Source: a virus. Taken from it: 64,000 nt of DNA. Shown here one piece after another: positions 30,342 through 40,561 of the stretch. The stretch lies in IMG/VR virus record IMGVR_UViG_3300025030_000064, positions 29,499 to 93,498 of that record; one strand, 5' to 3'. Both the position numbers and the translations under genes were made by a program. Position 1 is the first letter of the stretch, and each line of letters begins with the position of its first letter. The notes under the pieces were generated by a model, which saw only the letters and a list, made by a program, of their open reading frames with translations, searched no databases and had not been told where the DNA came from.

Positions 30342-33300
30342 ATGGCAAATCTATGTCCACCATTACACACTTCTGAATGGAAACACTTTCAGAGTAGATT
30401 TAATAATATAGGAGAAGCTCTTCATGTATGGAAAACACATGATTTTAGAATACCTTCTAATATTGAATTAGCAAGAGAATATGGTATGATGGCTAGACTT
30501 AAGAGACAGCCAGATACTAAAGAAGAAAAAGAGAAAAAGGATATTGAGTTTAATAAACAGTATGATGACTATATTTCAACTAATGATAATGTTTATTATT
30601 TATCTGAAGAAGATGCTATAAATAACTATAATGAGTTAAAAGATAAATATCCTAGTTTATATTTCGAACTAACAAGTAAGTTTCATCTTAAACCAAATAC
30701 TGTAGGAGAGAAAGCTTATTTTACTTTATGGAAGTTAGAAGCTAGAGATGTTCGGTTTTTCCCAGGTATTAAGTTCCATTATACAGGTAATGATAATAAG
30801 ACTGATGAGAATAGTAAGTTTTATATTAATGGACTAGGAAAGAAGTCAGAGAGAAATAGTTCTTATATAGAAGATTTTATATTGCCAGAGAAAGACAATA
30901 ATGATATTGATCCTTCATATAGAAGAGCAAGAATAAGTGCAGAGAATTATCTTAGAAATAATGGTATAGATATAGGTTTTAAAGACTATAAAGAATATGT
31001 AGTAGATAGCAGACCTAATGACAAACTTACTTTTGATGAATATGTACAACATATAAAAAATAGTGGAGAAAAAGGAAGATTAATAGGTAAGGTATTTCAT
31101 AAACATCAAGAGATAGGTGCAACACCTACGGTAGAGAATAAAAAAGAGTTATCTATATTAGAATCAAGATATGGTAATACTGATAAGGATATTAAAGAAT
31201 TAGAGAAGTTACAAGAGATATCAGAGAAGTATTATGAGAATCATGTAAAGCCAATGGTTACTGGAGCTTTAGATTTTGATTTCGAATTGCCGGTATCAAT
31301 AACAGGACTTGACTATACCTTTAATGATGGATTATCAGAAGTGAAGTCTGATACTGTTACAGGAGCTATAGATGCAGTATTTAAATATGATAAACATAAG
31401 TATAGGATTATAGATTTTAAAACAGGATATATCAATCCTGATGAACCTGGGCCATTATTAAGAAAAGATTCTAAGTTAAGAAGTAATAACTATACTCATG
31501 GTATGCTTAAGATTGTTCTTAATGCTATACAGTTTAAATCTTCTGTAGATAGAAATGCTAAGTTTGATGATATAGCATTATATAATGCAGATTTAAAGAA
31601 TGGAAACAACTATATCTATTCTATCATGGGTAGTGAGAGTAGAATGTCAGAGTTGCAATTATTCCTTGATGAATGGGCTTATCATTTTAGGACTACACAG
31701 TCAGAATGGTATAAGAACAATAAAGACCTTTTCTCTTCAAATAATTATATAGCAGTTCCGGAAGAAGATAAAAAATTAATAGATAATCAACAGGCTATTG
31801 ATGATCTTATGGTATCATTAAATAACCTTGTAGAAAGAAGAATGTCTAAAGGATTAACAGAAGCTGAAGAAGATCAAGTAAGAAGTATTATCGATTCTAT
31901 TTCTTTTCTTACAACTAAATCTACTCCTTTATCACAGGGTACCTTTGTTAGCAATAAAGGATCTATAGAGAGTAAAGGTATGCACTTCTTAGAAACATGG
32001 ACATTAGGTATAAAAGACAAGAGTAATCCTTTAGTTCAGGTAATCAATAAGCTTCATTCAGAGAGGTCATTTAAATATAATAAGGAATATCTTTCCATGA
32101 TACAGGAATACCAAAGAAGATTAACTAAGTTATCAAAAAAGACAGCAGTACATGTAGGAGTAAGCTATAAGGATATTTATGACTTTATGTGGGTAAAGAA
32201 AGAAGATAGTGAAGATGGTATTATAAAAGGTGGAGAATATCTTACTACCTGGAGAGAAGAAGAGAAATGGAAGAGTCTTACTGCAGAACAGAAAGACTTT
32301 GTTAATTATCATAGATGGTTTATAAGATATAATCTCTTTGCTACTATGGACCCAAGAGAAGGTGTAAAATATATCAATAGTGAGTTAAGAGATAGAAAAG
32401 ATTTAAGTGAAGATGATATAAAGTATTTAAAGAATCAGATTGATGAATTAAATAAGTTACCTGATCTTAATAAATTTGCAACAGCTGGAATGAAATGGTT
32501 TACATATTATGAAGGATGGACACCAAGAGTAATACGTCAACCAGAAGAAGAACAGAATATCCAAAAACATTTAGGTAATATCTTTAAAAATACATGGAGA
32601 TTCAATCAGGATGATCTTGCTTCAGTTATTAAAGATAGAGATAGTCAAAACTACATAGGTTTACTAATAAAGTATATGGGTAAAGCTAATGCTCCACAGT
32701 TACAGGAAACAGATTATACATACAACCCTGAGATAATAGCAGTATCTTTTTATGATAATATGTCAAAGAAAAGACATTTTGATGATGTACATAATCTATC
32801 TAATGCTATAGTACATATTCTTACTGAGATAAATCATAAAGCTAATTCTAAAGAGATAAAGAATATTATCAATTATACTAGTGAGTTTGCTAATCAGATA
32901 GCTGACATGAAAGCTAATGAGCTTAATGAGACAACAAAGAGAATAGTATCATTAAAGAACTTAGTAGGCTTTACTTCATTAGCATTACGATTCTTATCTC
33001 CTATGAGAACAGGTGTTACTCAACAGATAGGATTAACTAATCGTGCAGTAGCAGGAACTATATCACGTTTATTAGCTGATAAGATGGGTATAGATAAGAA
33101 GAATATAGATTTCTCCGGAAGGAATGTTGCAAAGGTTACCAGTATCACTTCTCGATTAATGAAAGATATGGTATGGGGAAGAGATAAGTTGAATAAGAAT
33201 AAGATGCACTTCTTTAATAATATCTTTGGTAATACAGTAGAGTCTTATACTAATATGGCTTATAATAAAAGTAAGATGGTATCTGCTATGTCATTCTTAT

Positions 33301-34427
33301 TAGGAAAAAAAATAACTCTTAATGGACTATATTTCATGTATAGAATATGGGATATAATAACCTATTCACAATACCTATCTGATCAGTTATTAGACATGAA
33401 GGTTCCTTCTAAGGATGGTAAGACTATGATATCAATGTATGATGCCTATGAATTTAATGAAGAGAAACAAGCATTTGAATATGTAGGAGGAGCAAGAGGA
33501 AAGACAGTTGACGGTAGAATACTAACAGATATTACTTTTAAAGAAGTAGAGACAATGAAGACTGTTGGTAGGAAGTCATTAGGAGAAATGAGAAATGAAG
33601 AAAGATCTATAGCGGAGAATACTTTATTAGGATTATTATTCTTTCAATTCAAATGGTTCTATCCAGGCATGATGAATTCAGCATGGAAATCAAAACAGAA
33701 AAGTGCTTCATTGACAAAATGGATGGAGAATGGAGAATACTTTGTATCTGATGAAAATCACGTAGACTATAATAAGAATTTCAGTAGATATACAGATGAT
33801 ACTAAGACTACAGAAACTGAATTATATAAAAAATATAAAGAATCAGGAACCCAGATACTACCAGTACTTATAGCTACTCAGATGACAGATGAAGGATATA
33901 TGAGGACATTAGGTACTGTAGGAATGATGTTAAAACTATATGCTAAGAATCCTCAGAAGTTCAAAGACGAATGGAGTAACCTCTCAGACTATCAAAAACA
34001 GAATATCATATTAGCAGGAGTTAAGTTAGCACAATGGATAAGTCTTGGTGTATTAGTTGGTCTTGCATTTGGTGGTGGTGGAGATGATGATAAAGGAAAT
34101 AAGTGGTCATATAATCTATCAGCATTACAGAAAGAAACAGGATTTGAATTTATCTTTACAGACTTACAAGGACATGCTAATACTCTTACTTCATCAGCAA
34201 CAATAAAAACTACGGCTGACTTCTTAGGAGCTTTATATGAGTTCTCAGGAGCATTAATAACAGGAGATAAGATTGAGACAGGTCCACATGCTGGATGGTA
34301 CAGAGGTCTTCCTATGACATTAAAGAAAGCGCCAGGTACTTCTATCTTCTATGATGTATGGAGAACAAAGTATGACTATGATGAATTTGAGAAGACATTA
34401 AGTAAGTGGGAGAGAGAGTACCATTAA
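30342..34427 (+). CDS. Cargo protein with a PD-(D/E)xK nuclease domain
   Basis: GAIDAVF...IIDFKTG; hydrophobic segment near the C-terminus; last gene of the late block. Confidence 0.65.
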   Translation: MANLCPPLHTSEWKHFQSRFNNIGEALHVWKTHDFRIPSNIELAREYGMMARLKRQPDTKEEKEKKDIEFNKQYDDYISTNDNVYYLSEEDAINNYNELKDKYPSLYFELTSKFHLKPNTVGEKAYFTLWKLEARDVRFFPGIKFHYTGNDNKTDENSKFYINGLGKKSERNSSYIEDFILPEKDNNDIDPSYRRARISAENYLRNNGIDIGFKDYKEYVVDSRPNDKLTFDEYVQHIKNSGEKGRLIGKVFHKHQEIGATPTVENKKELSILESRYGNTDKDIKELEKLQEISEKYYENHVKPMVTGALDFDFELPVSITGLDYTFNDGLSEVKSDTVTGAIDAVFKYDKHKYRIIDFKTGYINPDEPGPLLRKDSKLRSNNYTHGMLKIVLNAIQFKSSVDRNAKFDDIALYNADLKNGNNYIYSIMGSESRMSELQLFLDEWAYHFRTTQSEWYKNNKDLFSSNNYIAVPEEDKKLIDNQQAIDDLMVSLNNLVERRMSKGLTEAEEDQVRSIIDSISFLTTKSTPLSQGTFVSNKGSIESKGMHFLETWTLGIKDKSNPLVQVINKLHSERSFKYNKEYLSMIQEYQRRLTKLSKKTAVHVGVSYKDIYDFMWVKKEDSEDGIIKGGEYLTTWREEEKWKSLTAEQKDFVNYHRWFIRYNLFATMDPREGVKYINSELRDRKDLSEDDIKYLKNQIDELNKLPDLNKFATAGMKWFTYYEGWTPRVIRQPEEEQNIQKHLGNIFKNTWRFNQDDLASVIKDRDSQNYIGLLIKYMGKANAPQLQETDYTYNPEIIAVSFYDNMSKKRHFDDVHNLSNAIVHILTEINHKANSKEIKNIINYTSEFANQIADMKANELNETTKRIVSLKNLVGFTSLALRFLSPMRTGVTQQIGLTNRAVAGTISRLLADKMGIDKKNIDFSGRNVAKVTSITSRLMKDMVWGRDKLNKNKMHFFNNIFGNTVESYTNMAYNKSKMVSAMSFLLGKKITLNGLYFMYRIWDIITYSQYLSDQLLDMKVPSKDGKTMISMYDAYEFNEEKQAFEYVGGARGKTVDGRILTDITFKEVETMKTVGRKSLGEMRNEERSIAENTLLGLLFFQFKWFYPGMMNSAWKSKQKSASLTKWMENGEYFVSDENHVDYNKNFSRYTDDTKTTETELYKKYKESGTQILPVLIATQMTDEGYMRTLGTVGMMLKLYAKNPQKFKDEWSNLSDYQKQNIILAGVKLAQWISLGVLVGLAFGGGGDDDKGNKWSYNLSALQKETGFEFIFTDLQGHANTLTSSATIKTTADFLGALYEFSGALITGDKIETGPHAGWYRGLPMTLKKAPGTSIFYDVWRTKYDYDEFEKTLSKWEREYH

Positions 34428-34465
34428 AAAAAAAATAGGGCAAAGCATTTCTGCCTCACCCTATT
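34426..34465 (-). terminator. Rho-independent terminator at the convergence of the late and early blocks
   Basis: Stem AATAGGG...CCCTATT followed by a long T run on the - strand. Confidence 0.75.
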
Positions 34466-34487
34466 CAACCTATTTATAAAAACTAAA

Positions 34488-34754
34488 CTAATCTATTTCA
34501 TCATTATGATGTTCTGCTAATGATGCTGGGTCCATACCTTTTGCACTATTTAATAATTGTCTCTTAAAATGCTCACTTCTTATGTCTTTGAATATTTCTT
34601 CTGGTATCTCTACACCAGTTTCTATATTATGTTTTGCTAATATATCAAATGCCATGTCATCTAATAAATATATTCTAGGAATATTATCTATTACAAAAGT
34701 TATCTCTGTCAGTTTTGTCTTTTCGTTGTAATATATCTTCTCTACTATTATCAT
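34488..34754 (-). CDS. Hypothetical protein
   Basis: Packed ORF. Confidence 0.65.
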   Translation of the reverse strand: MIIVEKIYYNEKTKLTEITFVIDNIPRIYLLDDMAFDILAKHNIETGVEIPEEIFKDIRSEHFKRQLLNSAKGMDPASLAEHHNDEID

Positions 34755-35131
34755 TATTCTAAAAATTTACATAGGTAGGACCAGGCATAGTTGTCATTGT
34801 TTACTACAAACATACATTGATTATCTTTATTTATATTAAGATATATGTTTATCTGCTTACCTGTTTCGTCTATACATTCATAAAACACCCATTCATCACC
34901 ATCATTATCTACCACTCTACTACTTATGGCATCATATATTTGTTTAGTATTACTATAAATAATAAATCTCATTCCCTTTATAGTAATTAGTATATCTACT
35001 GGCTTCATAGATGGAACAGATTCTTCTATCTTTGAAAAGGTAAAGCCATAAGCATTCATTTTTATTATCTCTTGACTATACCCTAACATAGAATATAGTA
35101 TTATCACTATTATTAATATTATTTTTTTCAT
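34754..35131 (-). CDS. Secreted hypothetical protein
   Basis: Signal peptide MKKIILIIVIILYSMLGYS-Q (Bacteroidota-style +1 Gln). Confidence 0.65.
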   Translation of the reverse strand: MKKIILIIVIILYSMLGYSQEIIKMNAYGFTFSKIEESVPSMKPVDILITIKGMRFIIYSNTKQIYDAISSRVVDNDGDEWVFYECIDETGKQINIYLNINKDNQCMFVVNNDNYAWSYLCKFLE

Positions 35132-35622
35132 TCTTTTATTTTAATTAATAGTATGTCATCAAATGCTTTATTTAATTTTTCATCTGCATCTAATGAATTT
35201 AATCCAGCTCCATGATTTCTTGTTTTAATTATTATCAACTCAGTTATCCAATACTTAAGCCATACATCTTCACTTATTAGAAGAGATTTAAGACTGTCTT
35301 TAGCTATTATATAAGGAACATCTTTTTTAAAGACATGTTCTTCGTTATAGTCAGGATAGAAAGTAGTAATCATTACTGCATTTTCTATTGAACCCGGATA
35401 TGGATCAATACCACCTTCATATATTTTATCTACATATTCACTACATGCTTGTTCAGATAGTTCAGTAAACCTCATAGGAGGAAATACTAATTTAATATCT
35501 TTAGGTAGCTTACTACTATCTATTTCCCATAATACACTACCATCATCATTATCTATTCTTTTTACCTCATCAATACTTACTACAAGAAAAGGTATTTTAC
35601 CTTTAGTTATTATTTTTATCAT
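35128..35622 (-). CDS. Hypothetical protein
   Basis: Packed ORF with ATGA overlaps. Confidence 0.65.
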   Translation of the reverse strand: MIKIITKGKIPFLVVSIDEVKRIDNDDGSVLWEIDSSKLPKDIKLVFPPMRFTELSEQACSEYVDKIYEGGIDPYPGSIENAVMITTFYPDYNEEHVFKKDVPYIIAKDSLKSLLISEDVWLKYWITELIIIKTRNHGAGLNSLDADEKLNKAFDDILLIKIKE

Positions 35623-36287
35623 TTTAATAATCTTTCTAAATTAGTTTTTTTATCTATTACTGTAAACATCTTTAATCTTCCTATTAAAGCAAGTAGTTTT
35701 TCTTTACTTGGTTCAGGTAAATGGTTATTGCCTGAATCAGCTCCTATATTCACCTGTAATGGTTCACATTCTTCTATCATTGTAATAAATTCATCTAAAT
35801 CAAAATCCATGATAGGTTCTATGGTAATATAAAGAGGATGTCTTATTAATAGCATTTGCTCTATTCTGTCAATAGGTTTTGGTGATTTCTTCATATGTTC
35901 AGGATACCACCTATTTGTTTCTAAAGTAACGCAAATACTTGAATTCATTGGCAATATCCTACGTGCATTTTCAGGATTTTTTGTTTGAAATAAATATTTA
36001 TTATCATATTTGCCACAATGAACTATAATTTGTTTAATAAATTTTTCTGGAACATCCGCAGCAAATAAATCATTTTGAGCAACCACAAATATATTATTTC
36101 CAGAACCTAAATTCTCTTCCATTGCTTTTGCATCAAGTCTAAGTTCTCCTGAATACTTCTGTTTAATTACAGGATATCTCATTAGCTTATTAGTGCTGCA
36201 ATAACTACATTCATGTAGGCATTTCCCAGCTAAGGGATTCCATGTATGTGTTATCCATGAATACATATTACCATTACTCTTATTCAT
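35619..36287 (-). CDS. DUF5131 / phage Gp37-Gp68-like radical-SAM-type protein
   Basis: TWNPLAGKCLHECSYC (CxxxCxxC), QTKNP, IEPI. Confidence 0.75.
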   Translation of the reverse strand: MNKSNGNMYSWITHTWNPLAGKCLHECSYCSTNKLMRYPVIKQKYSGELRLDAKAMEENLGSGNNIFVVAQNDLFAADVPEKFIKQIIVHCGKYDNKYLFQTKNPENARRILPMNSSICVTLETNRWYPEHMKKSPKPIDRIEQMLLIRHPLYITIEPIMDFDLDEFITMIEECEPLQVNIGADSGNNHLPEPSKEKLLALIGRLKMFTVIDKKTNLERLLK

Positions 36288-36559
36288 TTTTCATCTATTA
36301 TCTTATGACATTTACTACAATATAATATAAGGTACTGTAAATAGTCAAGTTCTTTACCGACTATATTAACTCCATCAACATTATAAGTTATATGGTGTAC
36401 CTCTAAGTAAAGTATAGAAGAGCAGAAAGAGCCATTAACGACTCTCCTGCATGATCTATCTCTGGCAAGAATCCTTTTACGTACTTCTTTCCAGTAGGGT
36501 GTGTTAAGTGCTTTAACATAATTAGACTTTCGTCCTCTCTTATGTTGTAGTCTACTCAT
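36284..36559 (-). CDS. HNH endonuclease
   Basis: RD..C...LEVHHITY...CSKCH. Confidence 0.75.
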   Translation of the reverse strand: MSRLQHKRGRKSNYVKALNTPYWKEVRKRILARDRSCRRVVNGSFCSSILYLEVHHITYNVDGVNIVGKELDYLQYLILYCSKCHKIIDEK

Positions 36560-37262
36560 CCTGTTTTTTTACAGTACTCTCTGATGGTGGATTACATTGT
36601 GGAATATCTTCTGGCTTTAAATCTAAGGCAGGTTCATCTTTTCCTTTATCAATTACCTTAATGAACTTAGTCTTAGGTTTAGTTTTCCATGCTTTAATCT
36701 CTTCTGATGTACCAAAGTTACCATGGAAAAACTCTTCATTAGTTGTCATTGAATTATACAGATCAGTCTTTTCATAATCTGGTATGATAGATACTTTAGC
36801 TAACTTAAGTTGTAAGTCCATGAAAGTATAGAAATAATATTTACCTTCAAAAGGAACTCTCCAGGTATAGTTATCATCTAAGGTAATATCCTTAATGCCT
36901 AACTTAACTTCATTAGCTAATGCTTTTACTGTATTAGTAGTGGCATTAACCATCTCCTTAGCATCTGCCAAAGCTTTCTTAGCTTTCTCATATTCGTAAC
37001 TTGCCTGTTGTAGTTCTTTCTCTACTAATGGCATCTTAAGCTCTAAAATATCCTGATATTCTTTTCTTAGGTCTGTCTTCTCTCTGTTATCCATAAAACG
37101 TGATACGGTAATCTTTTGATTGATTCCTACCATATTCTTATTGATAAACTCTAATGCTTCTTTAGCATCTTTAAACTTCCCTAAGTTATCAGGAACGATA
37201 GAACTATTAGCTACATCGAACTCAATACTTGCTGGTCTGTACATCTCTTTGTTTGTCTCCAT
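36552..37262 (-). CDS. Hypothetical coiled-coil protein
   Basis: Intact 236-aa ORF. Confidence 0.7.
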   Translation of the reverse strand: METNKEMYRPASIEFDVANSSIVPDNLGKFKDAKEALEFINKNMVGINQKITVSRFMDNREKTDLRKEYQDILELKMPLVEKELQQASYEYEKAKKALADAKEMVNATTNTVKALANEVKLGIKDITLDDNYTWRVPFEGKYYFYTFMDLQLKLAKVSIIPDYEKTDLYNSMTTNEEFFHGNFGTSEEIKAWKTKPKTKFIKVIDKGKDEPALDLKPEDIPQCNPPSESTVKKQDE

Positions 37263-37331
37263 ACACTTTTTTTATTTATTAAATTAATACTAAAAACTTA
37301 TTCTCTCTTAATCTGTAGATAACTATACCTA

Positions 37332-37339
37332 CAAATATA
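37332..37339 (-). promoter_or_regulatory. Bacteroidota -7 promoter box
   Basis: TATATTTG on the - strand upstream of the ORF starting at 37262; no clear -33 box. Confidence 0.4.
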
Positions 37340-37458
37340 TTAAAACATATTGTAGCTACCTATTAGCTGCAATTTAATTTTAATTGCCATCGCACCGCAG
37401 TTTTTCAAACTGTTATTATTAAATCTAATTTTTTTTGCAAATTCAGCAGCCATACCAC

Positions 37459-38133
37459 TTAAAAAACCCTTTCTTTTTCCATTCGTTTCAAGCAATCCAA
37501 AGGCTCTTCATTAGGCAGTAAATTATAACCACAACCAAGCGTTCCTCCTTTCCAACTGCCTTTTCTCTTTCCAACTTCTTTTGAAAAATGTATATCTATT
37601 CCTCTGCTTGTCTTAGCAAATAAACTTGTCCACTTCAATCCTTTTGGTCGCCACTCTCTTTCATCAACATAAATCGTAGTTGGTATTATTGTTCCATCAT
37701 ATTTATCTGTAAAGTCATAAGTCCAAGATTTTTGTTTTGCCTTCCATTCATCATTATAAAAACTTTTACAACTACCTTTCGTTTCATGCTCCCAAGTATC
37801 ATCTTTCAATAATATTGAAGTCCTTACCCAATCTTTTGTAATAAATGGAAAATACCATGTCCACCATTTATTACCGCCATTACCGTTGCCTTTTCCACCT
37901 TTATAAATCCAAAAGGTATTATTATGTATTTTTATTCCCCAACATGGTGGGTCGCATTCATCTGTCCATTTATTTCTAAATGGTAAAACAAAAGTCAAAC
38001 TGAAAAATATCAAGTCTAAGTTTATTCGTGGTCGGTTATCAAAATAACCACACACTTCGTAGCTTAAATCAAAGTGCCATCCAAAATAAAAATACATCCA
38101 ATTGTTTTCAAAAATCCATTTTTCTTTTTTCAT
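37459..38133 (-). CDS. Trp-rich hypothetical cassette protein
   Basis: Likely ATG at 38133 (MKKEKW); the longer ORF call starts inside the cassette end. Confidence 0.7.
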   Translation of the reverse strand: MKKEKWIFENNWMYFYFGWHFDLSYEVCGYFDNRPRINLDLIFFSLTFVLPFRNKWTDECDPPCWGIKIHNNTFWIYKGGKGNGNGGNKWWTWYFPFITKDWVRTSILLKDDTWEHETKGSCKSFYNDEWKAKQKSWTYDFTDKYDGTIIPTTIYVDEREWRPKGLKWTSLFAKTSRGIDIHFSKEVGKRKGSWKGGTLGCGYNLLPNEEPLDCLKRMEKERVF

Positions 38134-38182
38134 ATAAATTATTATTAAAATTAAACAGACCACACACACAAGCCACCGCACC

Positions 38183-38236
38183 AGCTAACACATGCTTAAA
38201 ACCATTAAAACAGGTTTCAAGCATCATTCGTTAGCA
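38183..38236 (+). repeat. attC-like site
   Basis: AGCTAAC-ac-ATGCTTAAAACC...GGTTTCAAGCAT-cattc-GTTAGCA. Confidence 0.8.
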
Positions 38237-38365
38237 AACATTAAAACGACACTTCGTTTTTGCTAACATGTCCTTATGGCTATATTGTTCGTGTTTCATC
38301 TTTTGTTTCATAGGTTAATAATAAAAAAGAAAAGCCAACCCTCGTCAGCTTTTCAAGCTGTTATT

Positions 38366-38587
38366 TTAATGTCCGTTTAATTTAACTTCTTTTGAAGTTT
38401 TTTCACAACTGTCATACAAATCAGTTAAATAACTCTCGCTAATATTTTTCAATTCTTCATTTACTTCATTTAGCGAGGTTTTCTTTAATTTATTTAATTC
38501 ATTTTCAGTAAAATCTTCTTTTTTAGATTCACCAAAAAGAGCCAGATTCAATAATCTGATTCGCATTAATTTTCCGTTTGTTTTCAT
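38366..38587 (-). CDS. Hypothetical cassette protein
   Basis: ORF inside array 1, likely ATG at 38587. Confidence 0.55.
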   Translation of the reverse strand: MKTNGKLMRIRLLNLALFGESKKEDFTENELNKLKKTSLNEVNEELKNISESYLTDLYDSCEKTSKEVKLNGH

Positions 38588-38606
38588 TTTTTTTTTTAGT
38601 TTTAAT

Positions 38607-38849
38607 TTATAATTTTTCAAATGTTTTACCGCTTTCCATCATAATAAAATATTTTTTATGATTTAATAAGGGTAAAATAAATTTACCATCATTACCTACA
38701 AGAATAGCATAGGTATTTTCATTTGCGACAACCATCGTTTCAAGTTTTTCATAAACTTCAGCAACTTCTTTAGTTGTTACAGAATAATTATCACCTAAAT
38801 AGTGATTCATAATCTGTCCGTCTTTTTCAACGATTCTTAATGTATACAT
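38607..38849 (-). CDS. Hypothetical cassette protein
   Basis: ORF inside array 1. Confidence 0.65.
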   Translation of the reverse strand: MYTLRIVEKDGQIMNHYLGDNYSVTTKEVAEVYEKLETMVVANENTYAILVGNDGKFILPLLNHKKYFIMMESGKTFEKL

Positions 38850-38975
38850 ATATTTATTTATTAAATTTGGGTACTCTAAAAGATTTTCCCCTTCCTCTTT
38901 TTCTTTTTTACTCAGTTTTTCAATTTACTTTCTGCAAGTTAATGCACTTTGCAAAGCCCAGTTCATTAGCAACCA

Positions 38976-39422
38976 TTAACCGCCATATTTAATGTAGTCT
39001 TTTAATATCCTTTCGGGTATTTTAAAAGTTGTATGATAACCATCAAGCCATTCGTTAAAGGCGGTTAACGTAACCTCCGCACTATCCTCGCTCTTGCTAA
39101 CATCAACTAAGGGTGCATTTTTTGCAGTTTCAATCGAAGTTTTACCGCCGCACCTTTTTAAAATACTTTCTACGTCTATATCTTTTGGCATCACTGGCTC
39201 TATTGGATAACACCATTCAAACATTTTCACTTCTTCTTCGGTCATCGGAAATCGTCCTGCAAATGCTGGCTCCCAAACATATCCAAGTGAGTTTTCGTCA
39301 ACATACATTCGGTTAGATGCCCTTGCCTGTGCAATTAATTCATGGTGTAAATCATTACTGCTAATTATTTTTCCTCCATGTATTGCCAAAAATTCAAGTA
39401 ATCTTTTTAAATCATTTTCCAT
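38976..39422 (-). CDS. Hypothetical protein starting inside an attC loop
   Basis: Peptide NAPLVDVSK is encoded by the left attC arm and core. Confidence 0.7.
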   Translation of the reverse strand: MENDLKRLLEFLAIHGGKIISSNDLHHELIAQARASNRMYVDENSLGYVWEPAFAGRFPMTEEEVKMFEWCYPIEPVMPKDIDVESILKRCGGKTSIETAKNAPLVDVSKSEDSAEVTLTAFNEWLDGYHTTFKIPERILKDYIKYGG

Positions 39423-39492
39423 CGCTCAAAGTTTATATTGTTATTATTTAAAATTGATTTCATTTAACGCACCTTAGTTGTGTTCATTAGAA
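39095..39492 (+). repeat. attC-like site with a coding loop of about 350 bp
   Basis: TGCTAAC-at-CAACTAAGGGTGC (39104-39116) pairs with GCACCTTAGTTG (39469-39480) with one extra G; right core is ATTAGAA. Confidence 0.7.
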
Positions 39493-39511
39493 GACATCCC
39501 TTCGGGCTGTC

Positions 39512-39613
39512 TTCTAATGAGAGGCTTGAAACCGTTTCGAATGCCGCCCTTCGGGACGACCTTCTAACAATGGCTAAGAAGCCATTTAAACGGCTCCAAG
39601 CCTCTCGTTAGTG
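39512..39613 (+). repeat. attC-like site
   Basis: TTCTAAT-GAGAGGCTTGAAACCGTTT...AAACGGCTCCAAGCCTCTC-GTTAGTG. Confidence 0.7.
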
Positions 39614-39631
39614 GCAATTGTTTTGTTTAAA

Positions 39632-40291
39632 TTAAAAAGCCAACGCACTCTGCAAATTTTTCAAATTTGTAAAAGGTTTTGTCCATTGCTCTGCCATAGC
39701 TTTTGCCAATCCATCAGGTGTTTTACTTCTCAATCGCCTGGCAACTTCATTATTATTACTTGTACTTGTTTGTCCCATATAACTGTATTTTGATTTTCCG
39801 CTTTTTGTTTTTTTAGAGTTGTATTCAATAAATACAGGCTCAACCATTTGTGTAGGTTCTAAGTTTGGTAAGTTTTTCAGCCACAAACAAGTTGATTTTT
39901 TATAAGCATCTCCAAACCAAAACGGCTGTACAATTTGGTCTGGCTTTCTAAATTCACTACTCATTATACCTATTGGGTTCTCAACTGCAATTTTCGGTAT
40001 CTCACAATGTGCTAATGCTAAAAAGAAACTAATTGATTTTTGTTGCCTTCCATCTTTTCGCTTCTGTTCAAAATGTGCTGCACCACTTACAGCTAAATCC
40101 GTACAAGGCGGAAAAAATATTCCCATCTCCCAATTGCCTCCGTATATTACATCAAAAATATTTTCCTTAAAATGCCACTCAGGATGTCCGCCACTACATT
40201 CTTGTATATCGCAACTAAAGGCTTCATGTCCTAATTTTCGCAACTCAATTGTTACCGCTTGTGATTCTTCGCAACCAACTAATATTTTCAT
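39632..40291 (-). CDS. Phage DNA cytosine methyltransferase (cassette gene)
   Basis: ILVGCEES, SCDI, FPPCT, VENP, KSTCLW and RSKT motifs. Confidence 0.8.
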   Translation of the reverse strand: MKILVGCEESQAVTIELRKLGHEAFSCDIQECSGGHPEWHFKENIFDVIYGGNWEMGIFFPPCTDLAVSGAAHFEQKRKDGRQQKSISFFLALAHCEIPKIAVENPIGIMSSEFRKPDQIVQPFWFGDAYKKSTCLWLKNLPNLEPTQMVEPVFIEYNSKKTKSGKSKYSYMGQTSTSNNNEVARRLRSKTPDGLAKAMAEQWTKPFTNLKNLQSALAF

Positions 40292-40367
40292 CTTCTATGT
40301 TTTTAAATGGCTTACACACGCCACCCTTTTTTTAATTTAAACAAAACAATTGTAAAGGCTAAAGCCC

Positions 40368-40429
40368 CACTAACACAGGCTAAAACAACATTGCGAAAAG
40401 CAACGATTGTTTAGCCTCATCCGTTATTT
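40368..40429 (+). repeat. attC-like site, last in array 1
   Basis: CACTAAC-ac-AGGCTAAAACAA...TTGTTTAGCCT-catcc-GTTATTT, with an extra base in the left arm. Confidence 0.8.
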
Positions 40430-40561
40430 ACAAATCCAAATCTTTTTCTGATCTTTCATTATCTGCTTTATTATCTAAGGCATTATATTTCTCTTCTAAC
40501 TCTTCATCTGATAGTTCAGATAAGTAGTTATTAAGGTTGTCATCTTCTTTACCAAGTATTA

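Larger units (their letters stand above)
37352..40429 (+). mobile_element. Integron-like cassette array 1
   Basis: attI-like GTAGCtacctATT start; attC-like sites at 38183-38236, 39095-39492, 39512-39613 and 40368-40429 plus half-sites; cassette ends are complementary. Confidence 0.8.

Noticed and set aside
1170-35400. CCWGG avoidance suggested by frequent CCGGG/CCGGA at Pro-Gly codons
   Set aside because: CCAGG and CCTGG do occur (for example near 1234, 5248 and 9858); a k-mer count is needed before claiming anything.
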